From: a virus
Lineage: Duplodnaviria; Caudoviricetes
Strand: one strand, 5' to 3'
IMG/VR virus record: IMGVR_UViG_3300014656_000001
Span: 1 to 64,000 of that record
DNA length: 64,000 nucleotides
Under the pieces are notes generated by a model. It was not told the DNA's origin. It made no database searches and saw only the letters and a program-made list of their open reading frames with translations. Below are positions 40,425 through 50,648 of this stretch, in pieces. Position 1 is the first letter of the stretch. Each line of letters starts with the position of its first letter. A program made the translations under genes and the position numbers.

Positions 40425-40452
40425 AGTATAAACAACATGTAAAAATAGTCAA
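40425..40452 (-). promoter_or_regulatory. sigma70-like promoter for the terminase operon
   Basis: TTGACT-16-TATACT. Confidence 0.55.
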
Positions 40453-40618
40453 CACAATTTGTGAGGTCAGTTGTATAATAGAGTTGTTACAATTTGCTGA
40501 ATGGTTCAAAGTTGTGATGGGACATAGAGCTGATGCGTTGCTCGAACAGGCCTCAGATAACTCCCCTGATTAATCTCACGCATGGGATGTGTCCCAATTT
40601 CTTTTTGGAGAAACAAAC

Positions 40619-40777
40619 ATGAGCAAGGAAACTAATGGCATAACCAGTAAACAAGCAAACTCGATAAAATGGATACTCGCCTCTATTGCCTGTGCACTCT
40701 TTAGTATTGTGTGCTTTATACTGTCCACTATACTCTTTTCAATCGCTCAGGGATTACGAGAAGCCGGGAGCATGTGA
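40619..40777 (+). CDS. small membrane protein
   Basis: GGAG RBS, one TM helix. Confidence 0.5.
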   Translation: MSKETNGITSKQANSIKWILASIACALFSIVCFILSTILFSIAQGLREAGSM

Positions 40778-40796
40778 ATCTATATTGGAGAAAAAA

Positions 40797-41213
40797 ATGA
40801 ATAAAAAAGACTTATCACCACTTGGCACAAATAGTAAAACTAACAGAGGTTTTGGATTGATCGAATTTCTTGATGAATATGGAAAAAAATGCAGTCTGCA
40901 AATCAGTTCACGCGCTGTGTGTGAAAATGATGATGGTACAGTTGATGACCCTCTTGGTTGGATATGGCTTGGAATTGATGATCCAGAACCAAAAATCATG
41001 AAAACAAAAGCACAAAAAATTGGTATGGCATTACCTCCTGGAGAAGTCAGTGGATGGATGCCGTATCCAATACCCGATGATGTATTGATACACACAAGAA
41101 TGCACCTCAATGAAACACAAGTGCGGGGTTTGATAGAGAGGTTACAAATATGGCTCGAAACTGGAACATTTACAGAAGAAACAGGAGAAACGAATGAAAA
41201 AGTTACAAGTTGA
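40797..41213 (+). CDS. hypothetical phage protein
   Basis: GGAG RBS before MNKKDL. Confidence 0.6.
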   Translation: MNKKDLSPLGTNSKTNRGFGLIEFLDEYGKKCSLQISSRAVCENDDGTVDDPLGWIWLGIDDPEPKIMKTKAQKIGMALPPGEVSGWMPYPIPDDVLIHTRMHLNETQVRGLIERLQIWLETGTFTEETGETNEKVTS

Positions 41214-41445
41214 ATACCAAAACTCACCGGGAAATTTTCCTAAAACACCCATCTACACCAATACGCAATGTGAAAAATGTGGCGATCTTAATCGTATACC
41301 TGGGTTGGAATACATCGGCCCTGTATATAACACGTTCGATAAAACCAAAATCAATGAACCTGAGGTAATGAAAGTAACATGCAGGCGATGTGGTTATATT
41401 GCCTATATGTCTCCCATTCAACCACGGGAGGAAACGAATGAATAA
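41194..41445 (+). CDS. Zn-ribbon-like hypothetical protein
   Basis: CEKC...CRRC. Confidence 0.55.
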   Translation: MKKLQVEYQNSPGNFPKTPIYTNTQCEKCGDLNRIPGLEYIGPVYNTFDKTKINEPEVMKVTCRRCGYIAYMSPIQPREETNE

Positions 41446-41698
41446 CAACGTGCAATATGTCCCCATCGTCTTTCGCAAGGGGTTTTGGTTATCATGCGGG
41501 AATTACACGTCTGATATCAACCAAGCCATCGAATACGCTCAGAATTACGCCAAGAAAGAAAACGCAATAACTGGAGTCAGATACAAACGGGGAAACGTTG
41601 TTGTGGACAAAAGAGTGGATGAACAGGGTTTTCTCCACACTCACACACCCTCAGACATGCCAATTAAAGCCCCATACAGCCCCGCTACAGGCATTTAA
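41438..41698 (+). CDS. hypothetical protein
   Basis: GGAGG RBS before MNNNVQ. Confidence 0.55.
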   Translation: MNNNVQYVPIVFRKGFWLSCGNYTSDINQAIEYAQNYAKKENAITGVRYKRGNVVVDKRVDEQGFLHTHTPSDMPIKAPYSPATGI

Positions 41699-41734
41699 GG
41701 GAGCAACACACACATAAGCACTGGAGAATAAAAG

Positions 41735-42067
41735 ATGAAACCTGACTTTGACGTTACTCTCTCTTTGAAAAGTCCCATAAACAGCATTGCTGAGCTCTGG
41801 AAAAAGTTTGACAGGGAGATGCTGACACTCATTCAATTGGAAGTCAGTGATTCTGTGTTTCGAACCATCCAAAACGATATACGAATAATGATACAAGATT
41901 TTGGCCTCAATCTCAGTACATATTCAGTGAGACGTATTGTTATGGAGGTGTTTGGTGTTTTAATCAAACGCATAGTCCCTCCCCACAAAGACCTCCATGA
42001 CAAAACATTCACAGCGCATTATAAAGCAGGTATACACCACTACGAGGTACAAGGAAAAATTGTATAA
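41735..42067 (+). CDS. hypothetical protein
   Basis: GGAG RBS, 110 aa. Confidence 0.55.
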   Translation: MKPDFDVTLSLKSPINSIAELWKKFDREMLTLIQLEVSDSVFRTIQNDIRIMIQDFGLNLSTYSVRRIVMEVFGVLIKRIVPPHKDLHDKTFTAHYKAGIHHYEVQGKIV

Positions 42068-42110
42068 TCAAAAGAAAATTAGCCTAAAACATCATTCCCA
42101 TTGCAATGCA

Positions 42111-42140
42111 GCCCTCTACACCTCCAGAGGGCATTTTTTT
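42111..42140 (+). terminator. intrinsic terminator
   Basis: gccctct-acacctcc-agagggc followed by T7. Confidence 0.75.
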
Positions 42141-43706
42141 ATCTAAAAATTATACCATTATTGCTTACCTCGATCGATTCCCCGTACAGATGCTTATATA
42201 GTGAGCAAAACTATTTACCTGCCTGGATCGATGCCCAGTGCCCAAACTTTGAAAATAATTGGGTGTGGCTGCCCCCTACTACACAAGACGTTTTCGGGTT
42301 TTTCATTCTCTATCAAATCTATAGACTGTGTAGACTAATAAACGGTTACTCTACTTAGTCTATAGAGTAAGTAGGGCGGTTGTGCGTGTGTATGGGTGTT
42401 TGGGTATGGGTGACTGTGGCTGGCGTTTCAACGTTTCATGAACATCTATTCATTCCATCTATCTATCCATATCCAAGTAGATTGAAATGGACATCTATTC
42501 ACTAGAGAGAGTATGTACCCATAGAACGTTCTGTATCATGCATCTACTTGGATATGGATATCTATATGCTTTGTTGTCTGGTATCCATCCCAGTCTACTA
42601 TCCAAAGTATAGCTAGAACGCTTTCTAATACTCTATGTGACAACTTTATTGAGCTGTCAGTCATTTCTACTCTTAATCGGCTTTGAATCGCTTATATGTG
42701 ACGCATGGTAAACCTCTCTACTTAGTCTATAGAGTAAGTAGAGAGTGAGAAGTAATTGCACAATATGGGTAAACTTTGCTCACTCTCTAGTGAATAAGTA
42801 GAGTATGCTTTATATTCTTTATATTTATAGACTTATGGAAGCAGGTAGTATGGGTGTAGTATAATAGCGGGCAAATGTTGCGCAAGTTTACATAATGCTT
42901 AGTACATGGGTAGGGATTTATACACTAGATATTGTGTATTTGTCTATGCTTTATATTCTTTATATTGGCATAGTGATTGCTTACAGTATGGGCGTAAGTC
43001 AAATCTGACTTACAGTTCTTTGATAACTCTCCAAACCACTAGTATCAAGCAATCCAGACGCTAGTCTTGAGATTAACTATCTCACATAGCAGAATATCAA
43101 TACGCTATGGGATGATTGAGCGCAAAGCTCAATCTCTCTCTTTATGCTCTCCAGCAAGAGCCGGCTAAATGCCCCATATTGAGAGATTCGTGATTGACTT
43201 GAGAAAGTGACCACTATTCCCATTTACGCTAAAAAACACCAAATGTTTAACAGTGTGAATCTCTCTCAGAGATTAATCATTGGAAATGGGAATATGAAGC
43301 GATTCCATTCACTCCAGAGATTAATGAAAATCTCGATATACTGGAATCCAATAGACTATATGCGTAAGAACTATAGTCTATGATATTTGACAATCTAACT
43401 TCTATTTATCGAACGATTCGAAGAATCTATGAGATTCACTATTCGTGCGATAGTTGTCACAGCTGGACTTGACAATAAGATACCCAATAGATAAATAGAC
43501 TTCCCTGTATATGTAGTAGCATAACTGGCTAGCAAGCTACCCTACTACAAATTATAATGAATAGCACATTTGAATATTCTCTTCTCTTCTCTTTCTCTAG
43601 CAAAGAGAGAGAAGATATTGCATTATTGTAGTATCTTCTCTCTAATTGCCATTCCAAGCGATAGTTTGGAATGAGTAAAATTAGAGAAAAGAGAGAGAGT
43701 AAAAAA

Positions 43707-43988
43707 ATGAACGATAAGAGAAAGAAATTAGATTCGTACGAACTATACAGAATAGCAAGCGATATGCTTTTGAGCTATTCTGAAAGTGATTCGATTGAAG
43801 CTCTTGCAAGAGTGAAACAAGATACCACTTTGGCAATCACAATGGCCCGTCAGTCATTTCTTGCACACTATTCCAATCGCGCTAGCAAACGTTCGTTAAA
43901 TACTATTGCTAATATAGTATTTGACGTTCACTTGTTTGATTCGATTCCCAATAGTGAAGCATTGTTTTCTACTCCATGTATTATGTAA
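43707..43988 (+). CDS. early-type hypothetical protein
   Basis: Follows the AGAGAAAAGAGAGAGAG leader. Confidence 0.6.
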   Translation: MNDKRKKLDSYELYRIASDMLLSYSESDSIEALARVKQDTTLAITMARQSFLAHYSNRASKRSLNTIANIVFDVHLFDSIPNSEALFSTPCIM

Positions 43989-44072
43989 TATCAAAAAGAC
44001 TATACAAAATTACTTGTATAGTCCATTGATACTATATAGTATCTAAAACCAAAAGAGAAAAGAGAGAGAATC

Positions 44073-44450
44073 ATGAAAACAAAGCAAGATGGTAGAAGTG
44101 GACAGTATATTCGTGATGATAATGGCAAAGTGGTAAAAGGCGCGCTTACTTATCGTAAGGGTACCCAAGCCGATTTTATCAGTGAAATGCTGATATTGGG
44201 AAATACGATTGAGAATATCACTAATGAGCTGATTAAATATTTCGGCTTCAAAGCTGCCGATTACAAAAAGTATTATCGGCGCGTATATGGACATATAAAG
44301 CACATCGAAGCGAAAAACATGAACATGGAAACACCCATGTTCAAAATTCAAAAAAACGTAAAAACGAGAGTTATCAAAATTACACCAGTGAAGAAATACG
44401 TTCGTGAATACGTCAAGAATGAAATGCCAAATTGTGTAATTGCATTCTAG
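44073..44450 (+). CDS. basic early-type hypothetical protein
   Basis: Hairpin 43998-44023 plus leader. Confidence 0.6.
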   Translation: MKTKQDGRSGQYIRDDNGKVVKGALTYRKGTQADFISEMLILGNTIENITNELIKYFGFKAADYKKYYRRVYGHIKHIEAKNMNMETPMFKIQKNVKTRVIKITPVKKYVREYVKNEMPNCVIAF

Positions 44451-44544
44451 TTTGGCATACTAACGATACTACACAATAAATAACTATTGTGTAGTATATT
44501 AGTATTAAAGAAGTAAAAACTAAACAAGAGAAAAGAGAGAGACT

Positions 44545-44859
44545 ATGCTAATTTATGCACTAACAAAAAAAGAATCATTAGACTTGGCTACTGAATTAAT
44601 GTGCTCTGACTTAACGATTGAAAATCCCTATGCTATGGAATGGTTTGAACATCATTTTCTGTTGGTGGAAAGCAATGAAAATTACATGTTCATACCACGT
44701 ACAAGTGAAGTAGCCGAAATAGTACAATCTACTATAGATGAATACTATAGCGATGTGTTGGACAATGTCACATTCAATACAGAATGTGATCATATAGAGA
44801 TATTCCACTATCTCTATACCAATCTCAAAAAAGCTGAATTGACTATTCCAATTAATTAA
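44545..44859 (+). CDS. acidic early-type hypothetical protein
   Basis: Hairpin 44466-44497 plus leader; D/E-rich. Confidence 0.6.
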   Translation: MLIYALTKKESLDLATELMCSDLTIENPYAMEWFEHHFLLVESNENYMFIPRTSEVAEIVQSTIDEYYSDVLDNVTFNTECDHIEIFHYLYTNLKKAELTIPIN

Positions 44860-44943
44860 ATTGTAACACTAGTGAGAGCTCTTGCTATCGATTCAAGAGC
44901 TCTAATTAGTCGTACAATACTATAGAGAAAAGAGATAGAGAAT

Positions 44944-45180
44944 ATGAGAGAAAAAATATACGTAGTATCAAATAATCACGATTCAAAGCGATTTATTCAA
45001 AAAGCAAGTAATGGAATAATCGCCATTCAGAAAGCATTTGGAAACTCACATTACCATGATAGCTATCAATGCAATCCAGCAAAAAAAGCTCAATACGCAA
45101 AGTATATCCAAGTAGATAATTCTACTCTGCAATCAAAGCAAAGTGGAATAGTCTATCACTCTGAATTACAAGTGTATTAA
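44944..45180 (+). CDS. early-type hypothetical protein
   Basis: Hairpin 44875-44903 plus leader. Confidence 0.55.
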   Translation: MREKIYVVSNNHDSKRFIQKASNGIIAIQKAFGNSHYHDSYQCNPAKKAQYAKYIQVDNSTLQSKQSGIVYHSELQVY

Positions 45181-45617
45181 TTGCATTATTGTAGCTCTAT
45201 ACTTTACTATTTCTATCAATTAAGTGAAGTATAGAGCTATTCGTTTATTCTACTTAATCTATAGATTAAATAGACTTCTATACTCTATTTAGTCTATAGA
45301 TTAAATAGAGTATTCTGTACTACAGAGATAAGAGGGGAGATAAACTAAATGTAGTATGATTCCCTATAAGAATCCCTATAAAATTGAAATCTCAAAGCTC
45401 TGTAAAAAGAGAAAACGGATTACAAAACGGATTGAAAGAGAGAACGGATTATGGAACACATTATCACAGTTTTCTTAACCATATTCATCATTGTATGGTT
45501 AAGAAACGAACACAAAACGGATTAATAGATTCAAACAAGAACTGATAAACAAAACGGATTATCAGTTCTATTGAGTTTATTACTCAACAACAAAACAGAG
45601 AAAAGAGGAGAGAGACA

Positions 45618-45914
45618 ATGAAAAAAGTAGTACTAAACTATGAGATTGTAAATCACGGAATTGACAACGAACAATACTTTTCAGGATGCGGAACATCATT
45701 CACGGAGTTTGATCGTGTCGTTACTGGAATGGGACAGACGGAGCAGGAAGCATTCGATGACGCTATGGAATGCTTGTACGAATCGGAAGACGGACTGGAA
45801 GTATGCAATAGACTTGAAAGAGAAAAAGGAACACTGAGAACAGAACACGGATGCGACATAGAAGGATTACACTGCTATGTCTCCATACGGTACAATTTAA
45901 TGCAATTATCTTGA
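45618..45914 (+). CDS. acidic hypothetical protein
   Basis: Cassette leader; D/E-rich. Confidence 0.65.
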   Translation: MKKVVLNYEIVNHGIDNEQYFSGCGTSFTEFDRVVTGMGQTEQEAFDDAMECLYESEDGLEVCNRLEREKGTLRTEHGCDIEGLHCYVSIRYNLMQLS

Positions 45915-45996
45915 TATTGTCACATAAGACTGATAACGGATAACGTTGTCGGTCTTGGTGAAGTATCAAACTAACAGAGAAAAGAGGAGAGATATT

Positions 45997-46293
45997 ATGT
46001 TACATGTACGTACAAATAATCAGAAAAGACAAATTGAAGACGGTGAGAACGGAACCAATGGATTCACGTATAAAAAGTATTTCTACAATTTCGCTGACTT
46101 CATTCTCACAGAAACAGGTTCTGAATTGCATAAAGCAGGTTGGTATGGATTACAACCGGCTACGATGGGATCAGGTGTCTGTGTGAAATTCCCGGATGAT
46201 GAACCACAAGGATCTTGTGAGAACATCATTGTAGGTTGGTTCTGGTACACTTCTGAAGTGATGGATGAAATGGAAAAAGAAGGTGTGCTATGA
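45997..46293 (+). CDS. hypothetical protein
   Basis: Start reassigned to the ATG after the leader. Confidence 0.6.
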   Translation: MLHVRTNNQKRQIEDGENGTNGFTYKKYFYNFADFILTETGSELHKAGWYGLQPATMGSGVCVKFPDDEPQGSCENIIVGWFWYTSEVMDEMEKEGVL

Positions 46294-46523
46294 ACGATAA
46301 GTTTATGGTTTGTTTATGGTTTGTTTGTATCGATTATCATAGCGGACAGTGGTCAAGAGGATACGAATTGCAATGCAGGTTGATGAAAAGGATCACACGC
46401 ATTGCAAGACTGAGAAAGGTTCCCTTTTTCGTATTCACTGAAGCTACTTTCTTCAAGGGAAACGGATACAACAATGATCCACTGTACCAGGAACTGGCAA
46501 AAAGGTTTGGAGATGAATTGTAA
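46290..46523 (+). CDS. hypothetical protein
   Basis: ATGA overlap; DYHSGQWSRGY. Confidence 0.55.
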   Translation: MNDKFMVCLWFVCIDYHSGQWSRGYELQCRLMKRITRIARLRKVPFFVFTEATFFKGNGYNNDPLYQELAKRFGDEL

Positions 46524-46614
46524 ATTCTAATTTCAAGAAAGAACTGATAACTGATAAAAGGTTGTCAGTTCTGTTGAGAGTAGAATACAAAACAGAGAAA
46601 AGAGGAGAGATATT

Positions 46615-46953
46615 ATGAAAGTACACCAGGATAAATATACAAAATATTTAGATTTATTTGAACTGGACAAAAACGGAACAGAATTATCTGAGATGAAGGT
46701 GGGACAGAGATATCTAGGATACAGCGGAGATATCTATGTTATCACAGAACAGACTCCAGGAATCACAGAATGTCATGTATACGGTAACAGAAAAACACTG
46801 TATACGTTCTCAAGCAATTCTAAAGGATATCCATTAGTTCCCAAAACGGATATCGTGAAAGAGATTGCCGAAAAGAACGGATTCACTGTATTGGATATCC
46901 AATGCGGTGAAGTTGAACCTAAAGACATACGAGGATTGCCCACTGTTGAATGA
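46615..46953 (+). CDS. hypothetical protein
   Basis: Cassette leader. Confidence 0.6.
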   Translation: MKVHQDKYTKYLDLFELDKNGTELSEMKVGQRYLGYSGDIYVITEQTPGITECHVYGNRKTLYTFSSNSKGYPLVPKTDIVKEIAEKNGFTVLDIQCGEVEPKDIRGLPTVE

Positions 46954-47040
46954 TGAATAAGACTGGTAACGGATCAATCGTTATCAGTCTAGTTGGTTAT
47001 TCAACTAACCTACAACAAGAGAAAAGAGGAGAGAAATATC

Positions 47041-47913
47041 ATGGCTAATTTGCAACAGAAAGCAATCATGGTGAAAAAGACGGTTACCACTTGGACTTCC
47101 AGTATCACGGATAAGTCTGAGTCACAGAAGGTCGCCAGTGACAATGACACTACAACAAATAGCGTTACAGTCACAAAGAGGTTGATTGCCCGTTCTCACA
47201 TGGACGGAATCAACAAGACGGTTTCAAAAATCAACACGTTATTCAAAGCAAAAACAAAACCGTTTCTTGACGGTGGCTGGAATGTCTGTTCGATTGAGGA
47301 TTGGCCTGAGCTCAGAAAGGAACTCACTGAGTTGAAAGATGAGTTCGAAAAAGAGGTTCAGGACTTCTGCAATCGCTATGACACTGTGCGTAACGCTGAA
47401 GTATCCAAGCTGGGAAAGCTTGGACATGAAAGCGAATATCCAACGAAGGAACAGATTTCACATCGGTTCCAATGCGGATTCGCTGTGCTTCCACTTCCCA
47501 GTGTGAATGAGGATTTCAGAGTAGGAAATTCCGACGCTGAAAATGCCGAGATTCGCAAAGAGGTTGAAGCGACTGTGAAATCAGCAATTGGCAACACTGT
47601 TACTTCAGGATTGAAAGAAATGACGGAAGCCCTGAAGCGATTGCAAGAGAAGTTCAAGACGGTTCCAAAAAAGGTTCACGAATCGATTATTGGGAACGTT
47701 GAGGAACTCTGTGAAGTACTTCCGAAGTTGAATATCGCGGGGGATCCTGCACTGGACAAGATGATGCAGGAGATCAAAGAGAAAGTATGCAAGTACGGTA
47801 CTTTCGGATTGAAGGGTGAGACGGAGCGCGCTACGAAAGCGCGTGAAGAGGTTGTGACGGCCAGTGAGGAATTGGTAGCACAGATCGAGGAACGCATGGC
47901 TGGATATTATTAG
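47041..47913 (+). CDS. DUF3150-like helical protein
   Basis: TKPFLDGGW.V, YP..E.I..RF, LPKLNIAGDPAL; precedes the AAA/vWA pair. Confidence 0.6.
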   Translation: MANLQQKAIMVKKTVTTWTSSITDKSESQKVASDNDTTTNSVTVTKRLIARSHMDGINKTVSKINTLFKAKTKPFLDGGWNVCSIEDWPELRKELTELKDEFEKEVQDFCNRYDTVRNAEVSKLGKLGHESEYPTKEQISHRFQCGFAVLPLPSVNEDFRVGNSDAENAEIRKEVEATVKSAIGNTVTSGLKEMTEALKRLQEKFKTVPKKVHESIIGNVEELCEVLPKLNIAGDPALDKMMQEIKEKVCKYGTFGLKGETERATKAREEVVTASEELVAQIEERMAGYY

Positions 47914-47994
47914 TCAACAGAAGACTGATAACGGATTATTGTTATCGGTCTTCGTGGATTAATAAACCCAATAAAGAGAAAAGAGGAGAGAACA

Positions 47995-49014
47995 ATGAAA
48001 CAATCGGAACTGAAACAAGCGATTCAGGATGCCCGCGTACTTATGGAATCGGTATTCGTATGGGGCGCACCAGGTATTGGAAAGTCAGCTATTATTTATC
48101 AGCTGTCTTGTATGCTGGACATACTTTTCAAGGATGTTCGGGTGTTGTTACTTGACCCGACTGACTTGAAAGGATTTCCCGATCCATTTAACGGTGATAC
48201 TGTGAAGTGGAAAGTACCTGACTTTTGGCCGAAAGACGGTGAGGGGATTATTCTTCTCGATGAATTGAATCTCGGTTCAAAGATGGTACAGGATGCTTGT
48301 TACCAGCTGATACACGATAGAAAAGTAGGAGATTATGAAGTTCCTGCCGGCTGGACTATCGTAGCTGCTGGAAATCGAGAGACTGACGGATGCGGTGTTA
48401 AGCGTCAATCAGCTGCTCTCGCAAGCAGGTTCATCCATGTGACACTGGATCATGAAACTGAGGAATTCAAAGCAGAATTTCTCAAGTACGCACGGGAGAA
48501 CGGATTCCATCCCATTGTTCTCGGTTACTTATCTGTCAACAAAGCTGCCATATTCAAATATGACAAAACAGCGTTGACGTTTGCTAACCCAAGAACGTGG
48601 GAGAAGGTATCGAAGATGTGCAAACTGTTTGAGAACGGTGATCGCACTGATTCATACAAGCGGCAGATGTTTCAAGGTTGCGTGGGGGAAGGTGAAGGAA
48701 ACAACTTCTTTGATTTTTATAAGAACTGTTTAACTCTTCCCAATCCCAAACAAATACTGAAAGATCCTGTTGGCACTTGGCCGGTGGACAGCTCGTTCAG
48801 CACTTCACCCGAAAAAATGGGACAGCTCTACATGGTATGCACCGCGTTAGCCAGACTGGTTGACAAGAGCACTATTGACAATATGACGGTGTTCTTGAAT
48901 ACACTTCCCATGCGGGAGTTCGGAACGTTCACTATGGAGGATGCTATTGCACAGCATCCTGAACTGATGAAAACGGATGCTTACATCCAGTGGCAGAGTA
49001 AGATAGCTGCTTGA
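47995..49014 (+). CDS. MoxR-like AAA+ ATPase
   Basis: WGAPGIGKS, LLDELN, AAGNR, LASRF, NPRTWE. Confidence 0.9.
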   Translation: MKQSELKQAIQDARVLMESVFVWGAPGIGKSAIIYQLSCMLDILFKDVRVLLLDPTDLKGFPDPFNGDTVKWKVPDFWPKDGEGIILLDELNLGSKMVQDACYQLIHDRKVGDYEVPAGWTIVAAGNRETDGCGVKRQSAALASRFIHVTLDHETEEFKAEFLKYARENGFHPIVLGYLSVNKAAIFKYDKTALTFANPRTWEKVSKMCKLFENGDRTDSYKRQMFQGCVGEGEGNNFFDFYKNCLTLPNPKQILKDPVGTWPVDSSFSTSPEKMGQLYMVCTALARLVDKSTIDNMTVFLNTLPMREFGTFTMEDAIAQHPELMKTDAYIQWQSKIAA

Positions 49015-49098
49015 TTCAAAGAGACTGATAACTGATAATAAGAGGTTATCAGTCTACTTGAGTTTAGCAACACAAAATGAGAAAAGAGGAGAGAACAA

Positions 49099-50265
49099 AT
49101 GAAAGCAATAGATAAAATATTCAAAGCTCGTGAACGTTTGATTCTCAGTACCGTATTCTTCGGTGCTCTGTGTATTCGATTGATCCCTAAAGAGGATACT
49201 TCTTGCGATACGGCTTGGACGGATGGTATTCATATTGGATACAATCCCAAGTTTATTGAGACGTTGTCGATGGCTCATTTAGTCTTCGTTCTTGCCCATG
49301 AAGTCCTCCACTGTGTCTTCAATCATCACACAAGAAGGAACGGACGTGACGCTAAGAAGTGGAACGTAGCTTGCGATTATGCTATCAATATCATTCTTAC
49401 CGATTACGGATATACGTTATTAGAAGGTGCTCTGTATGATGAAAAATATCGAGGTATGGATGTTTATGAAATCTACAGGGACTTATACGGTAACGATATG
49501 AATGATGATGATGGAGATCAGCAATCAAAAGGATCAAGTGATCCTGGTGAATGCGGTGAAGTGAGAGACTTCCCAGAAGAAGACGGTGAAGAATCTAAAA
49601 GTGAAAACGAGCAGAATTGGAAACAAGCTTCCATCAAAGCGCAGGAAATGGCTGAGAGGAAGGATGAGAAGGTTAATTCCAGAATTAGTGACGCTATCTA
49701 CGGTTACAAAAATCCTAGAACTGACTGGCGTTCAGTACTGAATGAGTTTTTGACAGAACAGATAAACGATGATTACACATTCACAACTCCTAATCGCCGT
49801 TACTTGGCTCATAAATTGTATATGCCAGGTATGGACGGGGAGCAGATGAAGGAAATGGTGTTCATCGTGGACACTTCGGGTTCTGTCAAGACTGATATGC
49901 TGAACCAGTTCTGGACAGAGATCAAAACGGTACTGGAACTGTTTGATGAAGTGAAAGTAACCATTCTTCATGTTGACAACGTGTTGAGCGGGGTTGAGGT
50001 ATTGGAACCCCACGATGAGAAACCTGAAACTCTAGTTCCAAAAAGCACGTATGGAGGAACTGATTTTCGACCTGGTTTCGAATGGATTGAAGAAAATGAA
50101 ATTGATCCAGGATGCGTTATTTACTACACAGACGGTATGTGCCGTGATTACCCGCAAGAACCTGATTACCCCGTACTTTGGGCGAAGTTCGCTACAGAGT
50201 GGGACGGTATGTTAAAATTCAATCCACCCTTCGGGCAGGTAGTGCCTGTTGATTACGTGGACTGA
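49099..50265 (+). CDS. DUF2201-type metallopeptidase plus vWA domain protein
   Basis: TAWTDG, HEVLH (HExxH), WNVACDYAIN, VDTSGS MIDAS, GGTDF, YYTDG. Confidence 0.9.
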   Translation: MKAIDKIFKARERLILSTVFFGALCIRLIPKEDTSCDTAWTDGIHIGYNPKFIETLSMAHLVFVLAHEVLHCVFNHHTRRNGRDAKKWNVACDYAINIILTDYGYTLLEGALYDEKYRGMDVYEIYRDLYGNDMNDDDGDQQSKGSSDPGECGEVRDFPEEDGEESKSENEQNWKQASIKAQEMAERKDEKVNSRISDAIYGYKNPRTDWRSVLNEFLTEQINDDYTFTTPNRRYLAHKLYMPGMDGEQMKEMVFIVDTSGSVKTDMLNQFWTEIKTVLELFDEVKVTILHVDNVLSGVEVLEPHDEKPETLVPKSTYGGTDFRPGFEWIEENEIDPGCVIYYTDGMCRDYPQEPDYPVLWAKFATEWDGMLKFNPPFGQVVPVDYVD

Positions 50266-50369
50266 TTGCAGTATCTCTCTCAACTCTCTTTATGCTGTCA
50301 GTGAGCAATGGGGTTCACTGGCAGTAATGGATAGTTGAAACACAAAATGAGAAAAGAGGAGAGATTATT

Positions 50370-50648
50370 ATGAAAAGACTAAAAACCCAATATGTGGAAA
50401 TCCTGCAGAGAGCCATTGATTCTCAATGGGGGGATTTCAAAAAGTTCACACAGAATAAAAAGATTGATTTCATCTTCTGTGATGAAAATGAAGAAACAAA
50501 GTTCACGTTCGGAAAAGGTGCCTGGATTAATTTGTTCTTCAGTGTACAAGGACATCGTGTAGAACAGGATTGGAAGGTGACTCCATTTATGGATGGAGAT
50601 GAGATTAAGGTTGAGTTTTACAGAAAATCGGAAACCGAACCTAATTGA
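50370..50648 (+). CDS. hypothetical protein
   Basis: Cassette leader. Confidence 0.6.
   Translation: MKRLKTQYVEILQRAIDSQWGDFKKFTQNKKIDFIFCDENEETKFTFGKGAWINLFFSVQGHRVEQDWKVTPFMDGDEIKVEFYRKSETEPN

Larger units (their letters stand above)
42351..45312. repeat. four 24-bp near-palindromes ctaYttaRtctatagaKtaaRtag
   Basis: 42351-42374, 42718-42741, 45250-45273, 45285-45308. Confidence 0.85.

Noticed and set aside
40518-40600. Hammerhead or HDV-like ribozyme
   Set aside because: CTGATGC is not the CUGAUGA core, and the would-be HDV L3 loop is too long; kept only as a generic structured-RNA candidate.
42101-42358. 85-aa ORF
   Set aside because: Overlaps an intrinsic terminator, has no RBS and no recognisable motif.
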